NCBI GenBank assembly: GCA_003242705.2
Contig: QGVF02000008.1
Span: forward strand, 7,194-71,193
Reading direction: 5' to 3'
Length of the DNA stretch: 64,000 bases
From: Acidobacteriota bacterium
GTDB taxonomy: Bacteria > Acidobacteriota > Vicinamibacteria > Vicinamibacterales > SCN-69-37
The notes below the pieces were generated by a model that worked only from the letters and a program-made list of their open reading frames with translations, did no database searches and was not told the origin of the DNA. The first letter of the stretch is position 1, and each line of letters begins with the position of its first letter. Made by a program: the position numbers and the translations under genes. Below are positions 37,884 to 51,435 of the stretch, in pieces.

Positions 37884-38501
37884 ATGCGGCTGGCGACGCT
37901 GTTCTTCGTTCTTTTCGTGTGCGCCGCTGCGCAGCTGCCCGCGCAGATTCCGCCGCTGCCGGCGGCCGGCAGCCGGCTGTTCACCGAGAGCAGCTGTGCG
38001 GCGGAGCTGGGAGAAGGCATCCGCACCCGGCGGACGTACTGCGACGTCATCATCACCGACGACGCGCGCGCGAGCATCACGATGAGGCTGCCGGCCCGGC
38101 AGGGGGCGGCGACGCTCTATTTCGACCTGCACAACCGCTTCGACCTGCCCGCGGACGACGATGAAGCCGGCGTCTCGTACGTGCGCCACCTTGCCCTGGT
38201 GCGCGTCGTCGATGGGGCGGGTGAAACGATCGGCCGCGCCGGGGTTGTCCGCGAGTTCCGGACGCTCGGCGATCTGTTCGACCGTCTCGGCGGCGGAGGC
38301 CGGCCCGCCGGACTGAAGGGCGTGGCCCCGGGGCCGCCCGACGCGATTCGCATCTCGGTGCCGGCCGGACCGACGACGATCGGCATCGTCGGCGAGAGTG
38401 TGAGCGTCCGCTATCCGGACGGGCGCGACGAGCGGTTCGACGCGCCCGGGCGTCCGGTCGCGATCGCGAGCAACATCCGGCTCGAATATCGCCCGCGCTG
38501 A
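37884..38501 (+). CDS. Secreted hypothetical protein with a Cys pair
   Basis: Signal peptide; C..ELGEG..RRTYCDV; TATACT upstream. Confidence 0.65.
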   Translation: MRLATLFFVLFVCAAAQLPAQIPPLPAAGSRLFTESSCAAELGEGIRTRRTYCDVIITDDARASITMRLPARQGAATLYFDLHNRFDLPADDDEAGVSYVRHLALVRVVDGAGETIGRAGVVREFRTLGDLFDRLGGGGRPAGLKGVAPGPPDAIRISVPAGPTTIGIVGESVSVRYPDGRDERFDAPGRPVAIASNIRLEYRPR

Positions 38502-38515
38502 GGCGGGGCGGTGCC

Positions 38516-39763
38516 TCAGTGCACCGTGCGCGTCCGATTCGTAAGGTAGTCCTGCAGCACGTACTGCCCCAGGTTGTAGGGCGTCGTGAAGTAGGCCTTG
38601 CCGCGGCAGATGCGGGCGACGCGGCGCACGAACGCGACCAGGTCGTAGTCGCGCGCGAGCATGAACGTGTTGATCATGATGCCGGCCCGCCGGCAGGCGG
38701 CCACCTCGGCAAACGTCTCGCGCAGCACGAAAGGATCGAGGCCGAAGGCGTTGCGGTAGATCAGGCCGTCGGGGCGCGTGACCGCCGACGGCTTGCCGTC
38801 GGTGATCATGATGATCTGCCGCATGTCCTTCCGCTCGCGCTCGAGGATGCGGCGCGCGAGCCGCAGGCCCTCGCGCGTGTTCGTGTAGTACGGCCCCACC
38901 CGCACGCGCCCGAGCCGCGCCAGCGGGACCTCTTCGGCCGAATCGTGGAAGAGGACCGCGTGCAGGGAGTCTCCCGGATACTGATGGCGGATCAGTCCGG
39001 CCAGCGCCAGGGCGACCCGCTTGGCCGGCGTGAAGCGGTCCTCGCCGTAGAGCACCATGCTGTGGCTGCAGTCGAGCAGCAGCACGGTCGCGCAGGAACT
39101 CTGGTAGTCGCCCTGCGCGATCATCAGGTCTTCGAGCTGCACGTCGATGCGATCGGTCGGCTCGCCCGAGGCGGCCTGGCGCCTGACGGCATTGAGCACG
39201 GTTGCCGACGCGTCCAGGTTGAGCGTGTCGCCGAATTCGTACGGGCGCGGCGCGTTGGAGGCTTCGACACCCGGTGCGAGCTCCCGCGTATCGTGGCGGC
39301 CGACGCTGCTCCGGCCCATCGATCCGAGCAGGTCACGCAGGGCGCGGTAGCCGAGAAAGTCGAGGGCCTTGTCGGTGACCTCGAAGCGCGCGTGTGCCAT
39401 GGCCTCGCCGGTGCCGCCCGACGGGGCGCCCTCGGGCGCGCCCGTGACGCTCACGTAGCCTTCGCTGGTCAGCTTCTCGATGATGCGCTGGACGAGCTCC
39501 TCGAGCTGTGCCTGCTGCTGATCGGCCGACAGCTCAGGGCTCGTCAGCCGGGAGAGCATCTCGTCCGACAGGGTGCCGCCGTTGAGCAGCGCATCGAGAA
39601 TCGCGTCGTGCAGCGCCTGGAGCGCACGATCGGCGTCGTTCTGCGGATCCCACGGGTTGTCGAAGCCGCTCGAGAGCAGCAGGCCCGAGAGCTGCGAGAC
39701 CAGCTGGTGCAGGTCGATCTGATCGGCGAGGTCGGCGATGAAGCGGGTGTAGCGGTACTTCAT
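38516..39763 (-). CDS. VWA-domain protein
   Basis: MIDAS DxSxS (DCSHS), YYTNT, ITDGKP; RPYEFGD. Confidence 0.88.
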   Translation of the reverse strand: MKYRYTRFIADLADQIDLHQLVSQLSGLLLSSGFDNPWDPQNDADRALQALHDAILDALLNGGTLSDEMLSRLTSPELSADQQQAQLEELVQRIIEKLTSEGYVSVTGAPEGAPSGGTGEAMAHARFEVTDKALDFLGYRALRDLLGSMGRSSVGRHDTRELAPGVEASNAPRPYEFGDTLNLDASATVLNAVRRQAASGEPTDRIDVQLEDLMIAQGDYQSSCATVLLLDCSHSMVLYGEDRFTPAKRVALALAGLIRHQYPGDSLHAVLFHDSAEEVPLARLGRVRVGPYYTNTREGLRLARRILERERKDMRQIIMITDGKPSAVTRPDGLIYRNAFGLDPFVLRETFAEVAACRRAGIMINTFMLARDYDLVAFVRRVARICRGKAYFTTPYNLGQYVLQDYLTNRTRTVH

Positions 39764-39773
39764 GACACACCGC

Positions 39774-41288
39774 CTAGTTGTAGTACTTCTTCCGTCCCTT
39801 CGGCGGCAGATCGTCGTCGTCGAAGTCGGCGAGTGAGTCGAACGACGCCCCGGCGGCGACCGGACGCCGGCCGCCCGACCCGGACATGCGCCCTTCCTCG
39901 CTGCGGCTGATGCGCTTGAGCGCGCAGAGCCCCTCGAGCAGGAAGTCGACGGCCGCCGCGCGCGCCGCGCTCGTGGCCGAAGGCGCGACGCCGATGGCCT
40001 CTGCCGCGTCGAGCAGACCCGGCACCTCGGCTGCCAGCTCGAGCAGCGCGTCGGCCGACGTCGTATCCGACAGGCTCAGCTCGCCGCCGCCGTTGAACCA
40101 GTCGACGATGGCCTGCGTGTCGATGGTCAGCGCGACGCCGTCGAAGACCGTCGCGATCGCCTGGCGGACCAGCTCGCGCGCGACCGTCTCGGCGCCCTTG
40201 AGCTCCCCCTCGTACTCGAGCTCGATTTTGCCGGTGACGGCCGGCAGTGCCGCGTAGATGTCGCCGACGCGCGGCACGATCTCGGCTTCGCCGTGCAGCA
40301 GGGCCCGACGCTCGGCGTTCGACACGACGTTCTCGAGCGTCGTGATCGGCAGACGCTGACTGACGCCGGATCGGCGATCGACGTGCTGATCGCCGCGGGC
40401 GTGGAAGGCCAGCTGCTCGACGACTTCGCGCACGAACGTGGGAACCGACACGGGCAGACCCGCGTCACGATCGGTCCAGGCCTCCTGCGCCGTGATGGCC
40501 ATGGCTTCGTGGCGCGTGCGCGGATAATGCGTGCGGATCTCGGAACCGATGCGGTCCTTGAGCGGCGTGATGATCTTGCCGCGGGCCGTGTAGTCCTCGG
40601 GATTGGCGCTGAAGACGAGCAGGACGTCGAGCGCGAGCCGGACCGGATAGCCCTTAATCTGCACGTCGCCTTCCTGGAGGATGTTGAACAGGCCGACCTG
40701 CACCTTGCTCGCCAGGTCGGGCAGCTCGTTGACGGCGAAGATGCCGCGGTTGGCACGGGGCAGCAGGCCGTAGTGCATGGTCAGCTCGTCGCCGAGCTCG
40801 CGGCCGGCCCGGGCGGCCTTGATGGGATCGACGTCGCCGATCAGGTCGGCAATGGTGACGTCGGGGGTCGCCAGCTTCTCGACGTAGCGCGCCTCACGCG
40901 GCAGCCAGTCGATCGCCAGATCGCCGCCTTCTTCGGCCACGCGCCGCCGGCAGTCGGCGCAGAGCGGACGGAGCGGATCGTCGTGCAGCTCGCAGCCGGC
41001 GACGACCGGAATTTCCGGATCGAGCAGCGACGTCAGCGAGCGCAGCAGCCGCGTCTTCGCCTGGCCCCGCAGGCCCAGCAGGATGAAGTTGTGGCGCGAG
41101 AGCAGCGCATTGACGACCTGCGGGACGACCGTGTCGTCGTAGCCGACGATCCCGGGAAAGAGCGGACGGCCTGAGCGGAGCGCCGCAATCAGGTTGCGGC
41201 GGATTTCGTCCTTGACCGAGTCGGAACGCGGGAAGCGGCCGGCGGCCACCTCCTCGCGCAGGGCACCAAGAGTGCGGGGGTGGGCCAT
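39774..41288 (-). CDS. Mg-chelatase-like (BchI/MoxR-related) AAA+ ATPase
   Basis: Walker [48 protein letters not shown]. Confidence 0.85.
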   Translation of the reverse strand: MAHPRTLGALREEVAAGRFPRSDSVKDEIRRNLIAALRSGRPLFPGIVGYDDTVVPQVVNALLSRHNFILLGLRGQAKTRLLRSLTSLLDPEIPVVAGCELHDDPLRPLCADCRRRVAEEGGDLAIDWLPREARYVEKLATPDVTIADLIGDVDPIKAARAGRELGDELTMHYGLLPRANRGIFAVNELPDLASKVQVGLFNILQEGDVQIKGYPVRLALDVLLVFSANPEDYTARGKIITPLKDRIGSEIRTHYPRTRHEAMAITAQEAWTDRDAGLPVSVPTFVREVVEQLAFHARGDQHVDRRSGVSQRLPITTLENVVSNAERRALLHGEAEIVPRVGDIYAALPAVTGKIELEYEGELKGAETVARELVRQAIATVFDGVALTIDTQAIVDWFNGGGELSLSDTTSADALLELAAEVPGLLDAAEAIGVAPSATSAARAAAVDFLLEGLCALKRISRSEEGRMSGSGGRRPVAAGASFDSLADFDDDDLPPKGRKKYYN

Positions 41289-41304
41289 AGGACAATACTA
41301 CGCC

Positions 41305-42129
41305 ATGCCTTCGGCTCTCCTCTCGCTCGATGCCGCGGTGGTCATCGCGCACCGCGGCGGATCCGGGTTGCGGCCCGAAAACACGATGGCCGCCTTCGAG
41401 CATGCGGTGGCACTCGGCGTCGATGGCCTCGAGTGCGACGTGCACCTGTCGAGGGACGGCCAGCCGGTCGTCATTCACGACGCGACGCTCGATCGCACGA
41501 CGGATGCCACCGGCCCCGTCGCGGCCCTGACAGCGCCTGAGCTCGCGCGCGTCGATGCGGGCTGCCGGTTCGTCGACGCGGACGGACGCACGCCGTTTGC
41601 CGGTTGCGGCATCGGCGTGCCGACGCTGGCTTCCGTCCTCGAGCGGTTCCGTGACATGCCCGTGACGGTCGAAATCAAGGGCGAGGATCCGGCCGTGGTC
41701 CCGGCCGTGCTCGACGTCATCGTCCGGCACGGTGGACGCGGACGGGTGGTGGTGGGCGGCTTCAGCGCGGCCGTCCTGCAGGCCGTCCGCGCACTGGCGC
41801 CGGACCTGGCGACGTCGGCATCGGTGCCCGAAGTGAAGCGGGCGCTGCGGCGGGCCTGGTTCGGCCTGACGCCGCGGTCGGACGGGTATCGGCTGTTCCA
41901 GGTGCCGATTCGCTACGAAGGGCGTCAGGTGCTGACGCGGCGCTTCGCGGCGGCGGCGCGCCGGGCCGGACTGCCGGTCCACGCGTGGGTCGTCGATGAT
42001 CCGGGCGAAATGGAAATGCTGCTCGGCTGGGGCGTCACGGGGCTGATTACCGATCGACCGGATATCGCACGGCAGGTGCTCGCTGCGCGCGGGGCGGGCG
42101 GTTCGGGCGCGAAGTTCCGTGAAACGTGA
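41305..42129 (+). CDS. Glycerophosphodiester phosphodiesterase
   Basis: IAHRGG..PENT, LECDV..SRDG..VVIHD..LDRTT, EIK, ITDRP; start moved to 41305. Confidence 0.92.
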   Translation: MPSALLSLDAAVVIAHRGGSGLRPENTMAAFEHAVALGVDGLECDVHLSRDGQPVVIHDATLDRTTDATGPVAALTAPELARVDAGCRFVDADGRTPFAGCGIGVPTLASVLERFRDMPVTVEIKGEDPAVVPAVLDVIVRHGGRGRVVVGGFSAAVLQAVRALAPDLATSASVPEVKRALRRAWFGLTPRSDGYRLFQVPIRYEGRQVLTRRFAAAARRAGLPVHAWVVDDPGEMEMLLGWGVTGLITDRPDIARQVLAARGAGGSGAKFRET

Positions 42130-42226
42130 TGCCGTACGGGGGTATCAGCGGGCTTGCGCGCCTATCTTCCGTCCGGGCTCCGCGATAGAATGAATGGTCG
42201 TTTGTTCAGGAAGAGAGCCCGCTGAC

Positions 42227-44908
<2,682 letters not shown>

Positions 44909-45019
44909 CGCCCGCACACGCACGGGAGGCCGATCGGAAGCATTACAGGGTAGACGTCTGCCGGCCCGCATCCGGTTCGGCAGCCCTCAGGCGCTCGTAT
45001 GCCGAGCGTGGAGAGATGG

Positions 45020-46399
45020 ATGGCCGTTGAAGTCAAACTGCCCGAGCTGGGCGAGAACATCGAGAAGGGTGACGTCGCACGAGTCCTGGTCGCGGTCGGC
45101 GACACGGTCCAGAAGGACCAGCCGATCATGGAGCTCGAGACCGACAAGGCCACGATCGAGGTGCCGTCGCCGGCGACCGGTCGGGTCACCGACGTCCGTG
45201 TGAAGGCCGGAGAGCAGGCTGCCGTCGGGCAGGTGGTGATCGTCGTCGACGAAACCGCGGCCGGCGGGGCGGAACAAGCGCCGGCTCCCGCAAAGGCCGA
45301 GGAGGCCCCGGCGGCCGCCGCGCCCGCCGGGGCGTCGGCCAGGGGCGAGGCGCCGGCCGAAGAAGCCGAAGACCTGCGCGACGTCGAGCAGGCCGAAGCG
45401 AACACGCGCGCGGCCGTCGAGGGCGACATCGAGCCGTCGCGTCCGGCGCCCGTTGTCGATATCGCGCGCGGCCGGCAGGCCGCCCAGCCTCAGACTACGC
45501 CGCCCCGCGCGCCGGCCGCCCTTGTGCCGGCCGCGCCGTCGACGCGTCGCTATGCGCGCGAGCTCGGCGTCGACATTACGGAAGTGCCGGGAACCGGGCC
45601 GGGCGGGCGTATCGGCCAGGCCGACGTCAAGGAGCACGTCAAGAGCCTGCTCGCGGGCGGTCGACGCCCCTCGGCCCAGCCGCTGCCCGATTTCAGCCGG
45701 TGGGGCGGCATTGACGTCCAGCCGATGTCGAACATCCGGCGGACGACCGCCGAGCGGCTGTCGAGCGCCTGGGAGTCGGTTCCCCACGTCACGCAGTTCG
45801 ACAAGGCCGACGTCACCGAGCTCGAGGCGTTCCGCAGCCGGTTCGCGTCGCGCGTGGAGAAGGCCGGCGGCAAGCTGACGGTCACGGCCATCCTGCTCAA
45901 GGTCGTCGCGCTGGCGCTCGAGCGCTTCCCGCAGTTCGCTTCGTCGGTCGACATGGCGAACCAGGCGATCATCTACAAGCGCTACTGCCACGTCGGGATT
46001 GCGGTCGACACGCCGAACGGCCTGCTCGTACCGGTCATCCGCGACGTCGATCGCAAGACGATCACCGAGCTGGCGGTCGAGCTGGCCACGGTCTCGCAGA
46101 AGGCGCGCGATCGGAAGCTGAGCCTCGACGACATGTCGGGCGGCGTCTTCACGATCAGCAACCTCGGCGGCATCGGCGGGACGGCGTTCACGCCCATCGT
46201 CAACGCGCCGGAAGTGGCGATTCTCGGCGTCTCGCGCGGCACGATCGAGCCCGTCTGGCGCGACGGTGAGTTCGTTCCGCGGCAGGTCCTGCCGCTCTCG
46301 CTGTCCTACGATCACCGGGTGATCGATGGCGCCGACGGCGCGCGGTTCCTCCGGTTCATTGCCGAGGCGCTCGAACAGCCTCTGGCCATCTTCCTGTGA
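45020..46399 (+). CDS. aceF: Dihydrolipoamide acetyltransferase E2, single lipoyl domain
   Basis: ETDKAT lipoyl-Lys, E3-binding PSTRRYARELGVD, DHRVIDG; start moved to 45020. Confidence 0.95.
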   Translation: MAVEVKLPELGENIEKGDVARVLVAVGDTVQKDQPIMELETDKATIEVPSPATGRVTDVRVKAGEQAAVGQVVIVVDETAAGGAEQAPAPAKAEEAPAAAAPAGASARGEAPAEEAEDLRDVEQAEANTRAAVEGDIEPSRPAPVVDIARGRQAAQPQTTPPRAPAALVPAAPSTRRYARELGVDITEVPGTGPGGRIGQADVKEHVKSLLAGGRRPSAQPLPDFSRWGGIDVQPMSNIRRTTAERLSSAWESVPHVTQFDKADVTELEAFRSRFASRVEKAGGKLTVTAILLKVVALALERFPQFASSVDMANQAIIYKRYCHVGIAVDTPNGLLVPVIRDVDRKTITELAVELATVSQKARDRKLSLDDMSGGVFTISNLGGIGGTAFTPIVNAPEVAILGVSRGTIEPVWRDGEFVPRQVLPLSLSYDHRVIDGADGARFLRFIAEALEQPLAIFL

Positions 46400-46416
46400 A
46401 GGGGTCCGGGAGTCCT

Positions 46417-47841
46417 ATGTCGTCTTCTGTCCAACTCGTTGTCATCGGCGCCGGACCCGGCGGCTACGCGGCCGCGTTTCAGGCCGCCGACCGCGGCCTG
46501 CAGGTCGCGCTGGTCGATACCGAGCCGAATCCCGGCGGTGTCTGTCTGTTCCGCGGCTGCATCCCCTCGAAGGCTCTGCTGCACGTCGCGAAGCTCATCG
46601 GCGAGGCGCGTCACGCGTCGGACTGGGGCGTCTCGTTCAGCGAGCCGAAGATCGATCTCGACAAGCTCCGCGCGTTCAAGGACGGCGTCGTCTCGCGGAT
46701 GGTCGGCGGGCTCGGCCAGCTGTCGAAGCAGCGCAAGATCTCCTACATTCAGGGACGGGCGTCGTTCATCGATGCGAAGACGCTGCACATCGATCTCGTC
46801 GGCGGCGGGACACAGACGCTCGGCTTCGAGCACGCGATCATCGCGACCGGCTCGCGTCCGGCCACCATTCCGGGGCTGTCGATCGACAGCCCGCGGGTGA
46901 TGGACTCGACGGCGGCGCTCGAGCTGCCCGACGTGCCGAAGTCGCTGCTCGTCGTCGGCGGCGGGTACATCGGGCTCGAGCTTGGATCGGTGTATGCCGC
47001 GCTCGGGACGAAGGTCACCGTCGTCGAGATGACGCCGACGCTCCTGCCGGGTGCCGATCGTGATCTGGTCACCATCCTTCAGCGCCGGCTCGAGAAGACG
47101 CTGCACCGCATCATGCTGAACGCGCGTGTGGCCGACATGAAGGAGACGAAGAACGGCATCAAGGTCCGCATCGAGGGCGAGGGCGTCGAGCAGGGCGATC
47201 GCGAGCAGACGTTCGACCGCGTGCTCGTCGCCATCGGCCGGCGGCCCAACTCGGCCATCGAGGGGCTCGACAGGACGCGCGTGAAGGTGAGCGAGCGCGG
47301 CTTCATCGCGGTCGACGCCGCCAGGCGGACCGACGAGCCGAGCATCTTTGCCATCGGCGACGTGGTGGGCGAGCCGATGCTCGCGCACAAGGCGTCGCAC
47401 GAGGCGCGCGTCGCGGTCGAGGCCATCCTCGGCCACAACGTGGCGTTCGAGCCCCAGGCGATTCCGGCCGTCGTCTTCACCGATCCGGAGGTCGCCTGGT
47501 GCGGCCTGACCGAGACCGAAGCCCAGAAGCAGGGGCGGAAGGTCGAGATCGCGAAATTCCCGTGGGCGGCGATCGGCCGTGCCGTCGCCATCGACCGGCC
47601 CGACGGCCTCACGAAGCTCGTCATCGATCCGACGACCGAGCGGGTGCTCGGCGTCGGCCTCGTGGGCAGCGGTGCCGGCGACCTGATCGCCGAAGGGGCG
47701 CTCGCGGTCGAGATGGCCGCCCTGGCCAGCGACCTGGCGCTCACCATCCACGCGCACCCGACGCTGTCGGAGACGATCATGGAAGCGGCCGACGTCTACT
47801 ACGGCCACTCCGTGCACGTCTACCGGCCGAAGCGGAAGTAG
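46417..47841 (+). CDS. lpdA: Dihydrolipoamide dehydrogenase E3
   Basis: GAGPGG, GGVCLFRGCIPSK, GGGYIGLE, HAHPTLSE; start moved to 46417. Confidence 0.97.
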   Translation: MSSSVQLVVIGAGPGGYAAAFQAADRGLQVALVDTEPNPGGVCLFRGCIPSKALLHVAKLIGEARHASDWGVSFSEPKIDLDKLRAFKDGVVSRMVGGLGQLSKQRKISYIQGRASFIDAKTLHIDLVGGGTQTLGFEHAIIATGSRPATIPGLSIDSPRVMDSTAALELPDVPKSLLVVGGGYIGLELGSVYAALGTKVTVVEMTPTLLPGADRDLVTILQRRLEKTLHRIMLNARVADMKETKNGIKVRIEGEGVEQGDREQTFDRVLVAIGRRPNSAIEGLDRTRVKVSERGFIAVDAARRTDEPSIFAIGDVVGEPMLAHKASHEARVAVEAILGHNVAFEPQAIPAVVFTDPEVAWCGLTETEAQKQGRKVEIAKFPWAAIGRAVAIDRPDGLTKLVIDPTTERVLGVGLVGSGAGDLIAEGALAVEMAALASDLALTIHAHPTLSETIMEAADVYYGHSVHVYRPKRK

Positions 47842-47878
47842 TCACGGCCCGGCGGGCTCGGCGGGCTGGCGCCTGACG

Positions 47879-48574
47879 TCAGCCCGCCAGGCGACGCGCC
47901 TGGCGCAGCACGTCACGCAGCATGGCCTGCGTCAGCTTGCCGGTGTTCGTGTTCTGCCGGCTGGGGTGGTAGGAGGCGACGAGCGTCCGACCGCTGGCCA
48001 GCCGGTAGATGCCTCCATGTTCGAAGCGCGGCCTGGGCCGCGTCCCTTCCCCCAGCAGCCGGAACAGCACGTCGAACGCAAGACGGCCCAGCGCGACCAC
48101 GACAGCGGTCTCCGGCAGCAGCGCCAGCTCTCTGGCCAGATAGGGTGCGCAGCGCCGGACTTCCTCGGGCAGGGGGCGGTTCTGTGGCGGCGCGCAGCGC
48201 ACCGCGGCCGTCAGCCAGAGCCCGTGCAGCTGCAGGCCATCGTCAGCCGAGCGGGAGAAGGGCTGGCTGGCGAAGCGGCAGGCATGAAGCGCTTCCATCA
48301 GGAAATCGGCCGCGCCGCCGGGTACGTCGCCGGTGAACATACGGCCGGTGCGGTTGGCGCCGTGTGCGGCGGGTGCCAGCCCGACCAGGATGAGGCGCGC
48401 CGCCGGATCACCGAAGGCCGGGACCGGTCGTCCCCAGTACGTGTCGTGACGGTGCGCCGGGGAGCGCTCGCGCGCGACGCGCGCGCAGTACTCGCGGAGC
48501 CGCGGGCAGGCCTGGCAGGCGATGACGTCGGCGCGGATGGCGTCGAGGCTGTCGGCCGATCCTCCCGCGTTCAT
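47879..48574 (-). CDS. Family-5 uracil-DNA glycosylase (UdgB-like, Fe-S)
   Basis: CQACPRL, GLAPAAHGANRTGRMFTGD, RCAPP, YHPSRQN; start ATG 48574 overlaps the lipA stop. Confidence 0.92.
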   Translation of the reverse strand: MNAGGSADSLDAIRADVIACQACPRLREYCARVARERSPAHRHDTYWGRPVPAFGDPAARLILVGLAPAAHGANRTGRMFTGDVPGGAADFLMEALHACRFASQPFSRSADDGLQLHGLWLTAAVRCAPPQNRPLPEEVRRCAPYLARELALLPETAVVVALGRLAFDVLFRLLGEGTRPRPRFEHGGIYRLASGRTLVASYHPSRQNTNTGKLTQAMLRDVLRQARRLAG

Positions 48575-49494
48575 GAGCGGCGAGCGTAGCTGTCGGCCTG
48601 TTCGTGCGCGTGGTAGGAGGAGCGCACGAGCGGGCCCGATTCGACGTGGCCGAAGCCGAGCTCGAGCGCGATGCGCTTCAGCTCGCGGAACTCCTCGGGC
48701 GTGTAGTAGCGGTCCACCGGCAGGTTTGCCGGCGACGGCCGCAGGTACTGCCCGATGGTCAGGATCTGGCAGTCGACGCTGCGCAGGTCGCGGAACACCT
48801 CGACGAGCTCGTCGTGCGTCTCGCCGAGCCCGACCATCAGGCCGGTCTTCGTGGGAATGTCGGGGGCGATCCGCCGGGCGCGGTCGAGCAGCTCGAGCGC
48901 CCGTGGATACCGCCCGCCGGGCCGCGCCATGCGGTAGAGGCGCGGCACGGTCTCCGTGTTGTGGTTGAGCACGTCGGGCCGGGCCTCGAGCACCGTCCGC
49001 AGCGCGTCCTCGTTTCCCTGGAAGTCCGGGATCAGGACCTCGACCCGGCAGGTCGGCCGTCGGCGACGGATGGCACGGACGACGTCCGCGAACACGCCGG
49101 CGCCGAAATCGGGCAGGTCGTCGCGGTCGACCGACGTGATGACGACGTAGTCGAGGCCGAGCGTTTCGACGGCGCGTGCGAGATTGTCGGCTTCCTGTGG
49201 GTCGGGCGGTGCCGGTGTCCCGTGCCGGACGTTGCAGTAGGCGCAGGCCCGCGTGCAGACGTCGCCCAGGATCATGAAGGTGGCCGTGCCGTAGTGCCAG
49301 CACTCGCCGATGTTCGGGCAGTGGGCTTCTTCGCAGACCGTGTGGAGGTTCAGCTCCCGCATCAGGCCGCGGAGGCGGAGGAAGTTGGGCGATCCGGGGG
49401 CCCGGACCTTGAGCCAGTCGGGCTTGGCCTCGCGCCGCAGCAGCGCGTCCTTGACGCGGCGGCCTCGGATGAACTGAACGGGAGCGGCGGACAT
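48571..49494 (-). CDS. lipA: Lipoyl synthase
   Basis: KPDWLK, CEEAHCPNIGEC, CTRACAYC, VITSVDRDDL, RSSYHA; start moved to 49494. Confidence 0.97.
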   Translation of the reverse strand: MSAAPVQFIRGRRVKDALLRREAKPDWLKVRAPGSPNFLRLRGLMRELNLHTVCEEAHCPNIGECWHYGTATFMILGDVCTRACAYCNVRHGTPAPPDPQEADNLARAVETLGLDYVVITSVDRDDLPDFGAGVFADVVRAIRRRRPTCRVEVLIPDFQGNEDALRTVLEARPDVLNHNTETVPRLYRMARPGGRYPRALELLDRARRIAPDIPTKTGLMVGLGETHDELVEVFRDLRSVDCQILTIGQYLRPSPANLPVDRYYTPEEFRELKRIALELGFGHVESGPLVRSSYHAHEQADSYARRS

Positions 49495-49550
49495 TCCTCT
49501 ATGATAGCGGCCCCGCCGGGGCCTGGCGGCTGCCGGTCCCATTCGCACGG

Positions 49551-49579
49551 TTGATGCGCCGCCCGCACCATGTAACAAT
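49551..49579 (+). promoter_or_regulatory. sigma70-type promoter for ferredoxin
   Basis: TTGATG-N17-AACAAT with a TG extension. Confidence 0.5.
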
Positions 49580-49659
49580 GCTCCGACCGATCGGTAGCGG
49601 ACCTGTGGCTGGCGCGGCGACCGGCCGTGCGGCGCAGCGCGCCGACTTCGGAGGAGAGA

Positions 49660-49920
<261 letters not shown>

Positions 49921-49977
49921 CGGAACAGCGGGCCGGGACGCGCTGGCCGGCGTCACCGGCCCGTTTCCCGGCCCTTC

Positions 49978-50934
49978 ATGCCCTCCCGGTATCTGGACTT
50001 CTCTCGTGAGGCCTGGGCGCGGCTCCGGGCCAACACCCCGCTGACGCTCTCGGAAGCCGACCTGCAGGAACTGCAGGGCATCAACGAGCGCGTCTCTCTC
50101 GAGGAAGTCGAAGCGATCTACCTGCCGCTGTCGCGCCTGCTGAACCTGCACGTGGCCGCGACGCAGATGCTTCACAAGGCGACCGACACCTTCCTCGGGA
50201 GCCTGCCGCAGCCGGCGCCGTACGTCATCGGGATTGCCGGAAGCGTCGCGGTCGGCAAGAGCACGTTCGCCCGCATCCTCAAGGCGCTGCTCTCGCGCTG
50301 GCCGGCGCACCCGCGGGTCGACCTGGTCACGACCGACGGGTTCCTGCTGCCCAACCGTGAGCTCGAACGTCGCGGCCTGCTCGAGCGAAAGGGGTTTCCC
50401 GAAAGCTACGACGTCCGCCGCCTCATTCAGTTCATGGCCGACGTCAAGGGGAACCGCGGCGCAGTCCACGCGCCGGTCTATTCACATCAGGCGTACGACA
50501 TCGTGCCCGGCGAGTTCCAGGTCGTCGATCGCCCGGACATCGTGATCGTCGAGGGCCTCAACGTGCTCCAGACGGGCGATACGACGCGCCCGGCGACGGA
50601 GCGTCCGCGCGACGGCGGACGGCCCCGCGTATTCGTCTCGGACTTCTTCGACTTTTCGATCTACATCGATGCCGACGAGCAGGACATCGAACGCTGGTAC
50701 ATCGAGCGCTTCCTGGCCCTGCGGGGGACGGTCTTCCGCGACCCGCGGTCGTATTTCCACCGGTACGCATCGCTGAGCGACGACGACGCGGTCGGGACGG
50801 CGCGGGCGATCTGGCGGACGATCAACGGCGTCAACCTCCGCGAGAACATCTCGCCCACGCGCGAGCGCGCGCGGCTCGTTCTCGAGAAGGCCTCGGATCA
50901 TTCGATTCAGCGCGTGCGGCTGCGGCGGCTCTGA
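49978..50934 (+). CDS. coaA: Type I pantothenate kinase
   Basis: [43 protein letters not shown]. Confidence 0.96.
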   Translation: MPSRYLDFSREAWARLRANTPLTLSEADLQELQGINERVSLEEVEAIYLPLSRLLNLHVAATQMLHKATDTFLGSLPQPAPYVIGIAGSVAVGKSTFARILKALLSRWPAHPRVDLVTTDGFLLPNRELERRGLLERKGFPESYDVRRLIQFMADVKGNRGAVHAPVYSHQAYDIVPGEFQVVDRPDIVIVEGLNVLQTGDTTRPATERPRDGGRPRVFVSDFFDFSIYIDADEQDIERWYIERFLALRGTVFRDPRSYFHRYASLSDDDAVGTARAIWRTINGVNLRENISPTRERARLVLEKASDHSIQRVRLRRL

Positions 50935-50946
50935 GGCGGCCGCCGA

Positions 50947-51435
50947 TCAGGCCTGCTGGTGCCGTCGCGAGGCGAGCCTGATGGCGCGGCGCGCCTCGGC
51001 CTCGGCGGCCCGCCGCCGATCCTCGTCGGTTTCGAGCTGCAGCGGCGGCACCTGGGGCCGCCGGCCGTTCTGGGCGATCGTCACGAAGGTGAAGTAGGCG
51101 GAGCTGGTGAGCCGGCGCCGGCCGGTGAGCGTCTCTTCGGTGAAGACCTCCACCTCGACCTCGAGCGAGGTGTGGAAGGCGCCGGTGACCCGGGCCGTCA
51201 CGATCATCAGGTCGCCGACGCGGATCGGATGCAGGAACTGCAGGCCGTCGACCGCGGCGGTGACGAGAGGCGCCCGGGTATGGCGATAGGCCGCCATCGC
51301 GCCGACGAGGTCCATCTCGTGCATCACGTGCCCGCCGAGCGCGAACCCCATCGGGTTCGCGTCGTTGGGCAGGATGAAGTGCACCGTCTCGGTGTACGAC
51401 TCGGCCGGGGAGCGGGGAGGCAGGGTCGTCGCCAT
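50947..51435 (-). CDS. Hotdog-fold acyl-CoA thioesterase (YciA-like)
   Basis: PNDANPMG..GG..MD, VTAAVD..F..PI.VGD, AYFTFV; real start ATG 51435 (ATGA-type coupling), not 54075. Confidence 0.9.
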   Translation of the reverse strand: MATTLPPRSPAESYTETVHFILPNDANPMGFALGGHVMHEMDLVGAMAAYRHTRAPLVTAAVDGLQFLHPIRVGDLMIVTARVTGAFHTSLEVEVEVFTEETLTGRRRLTSSAYFTFVTIAQNGRRPQVPPLQLETDEDRRRAAEAEARRAIRLASRRHQQA

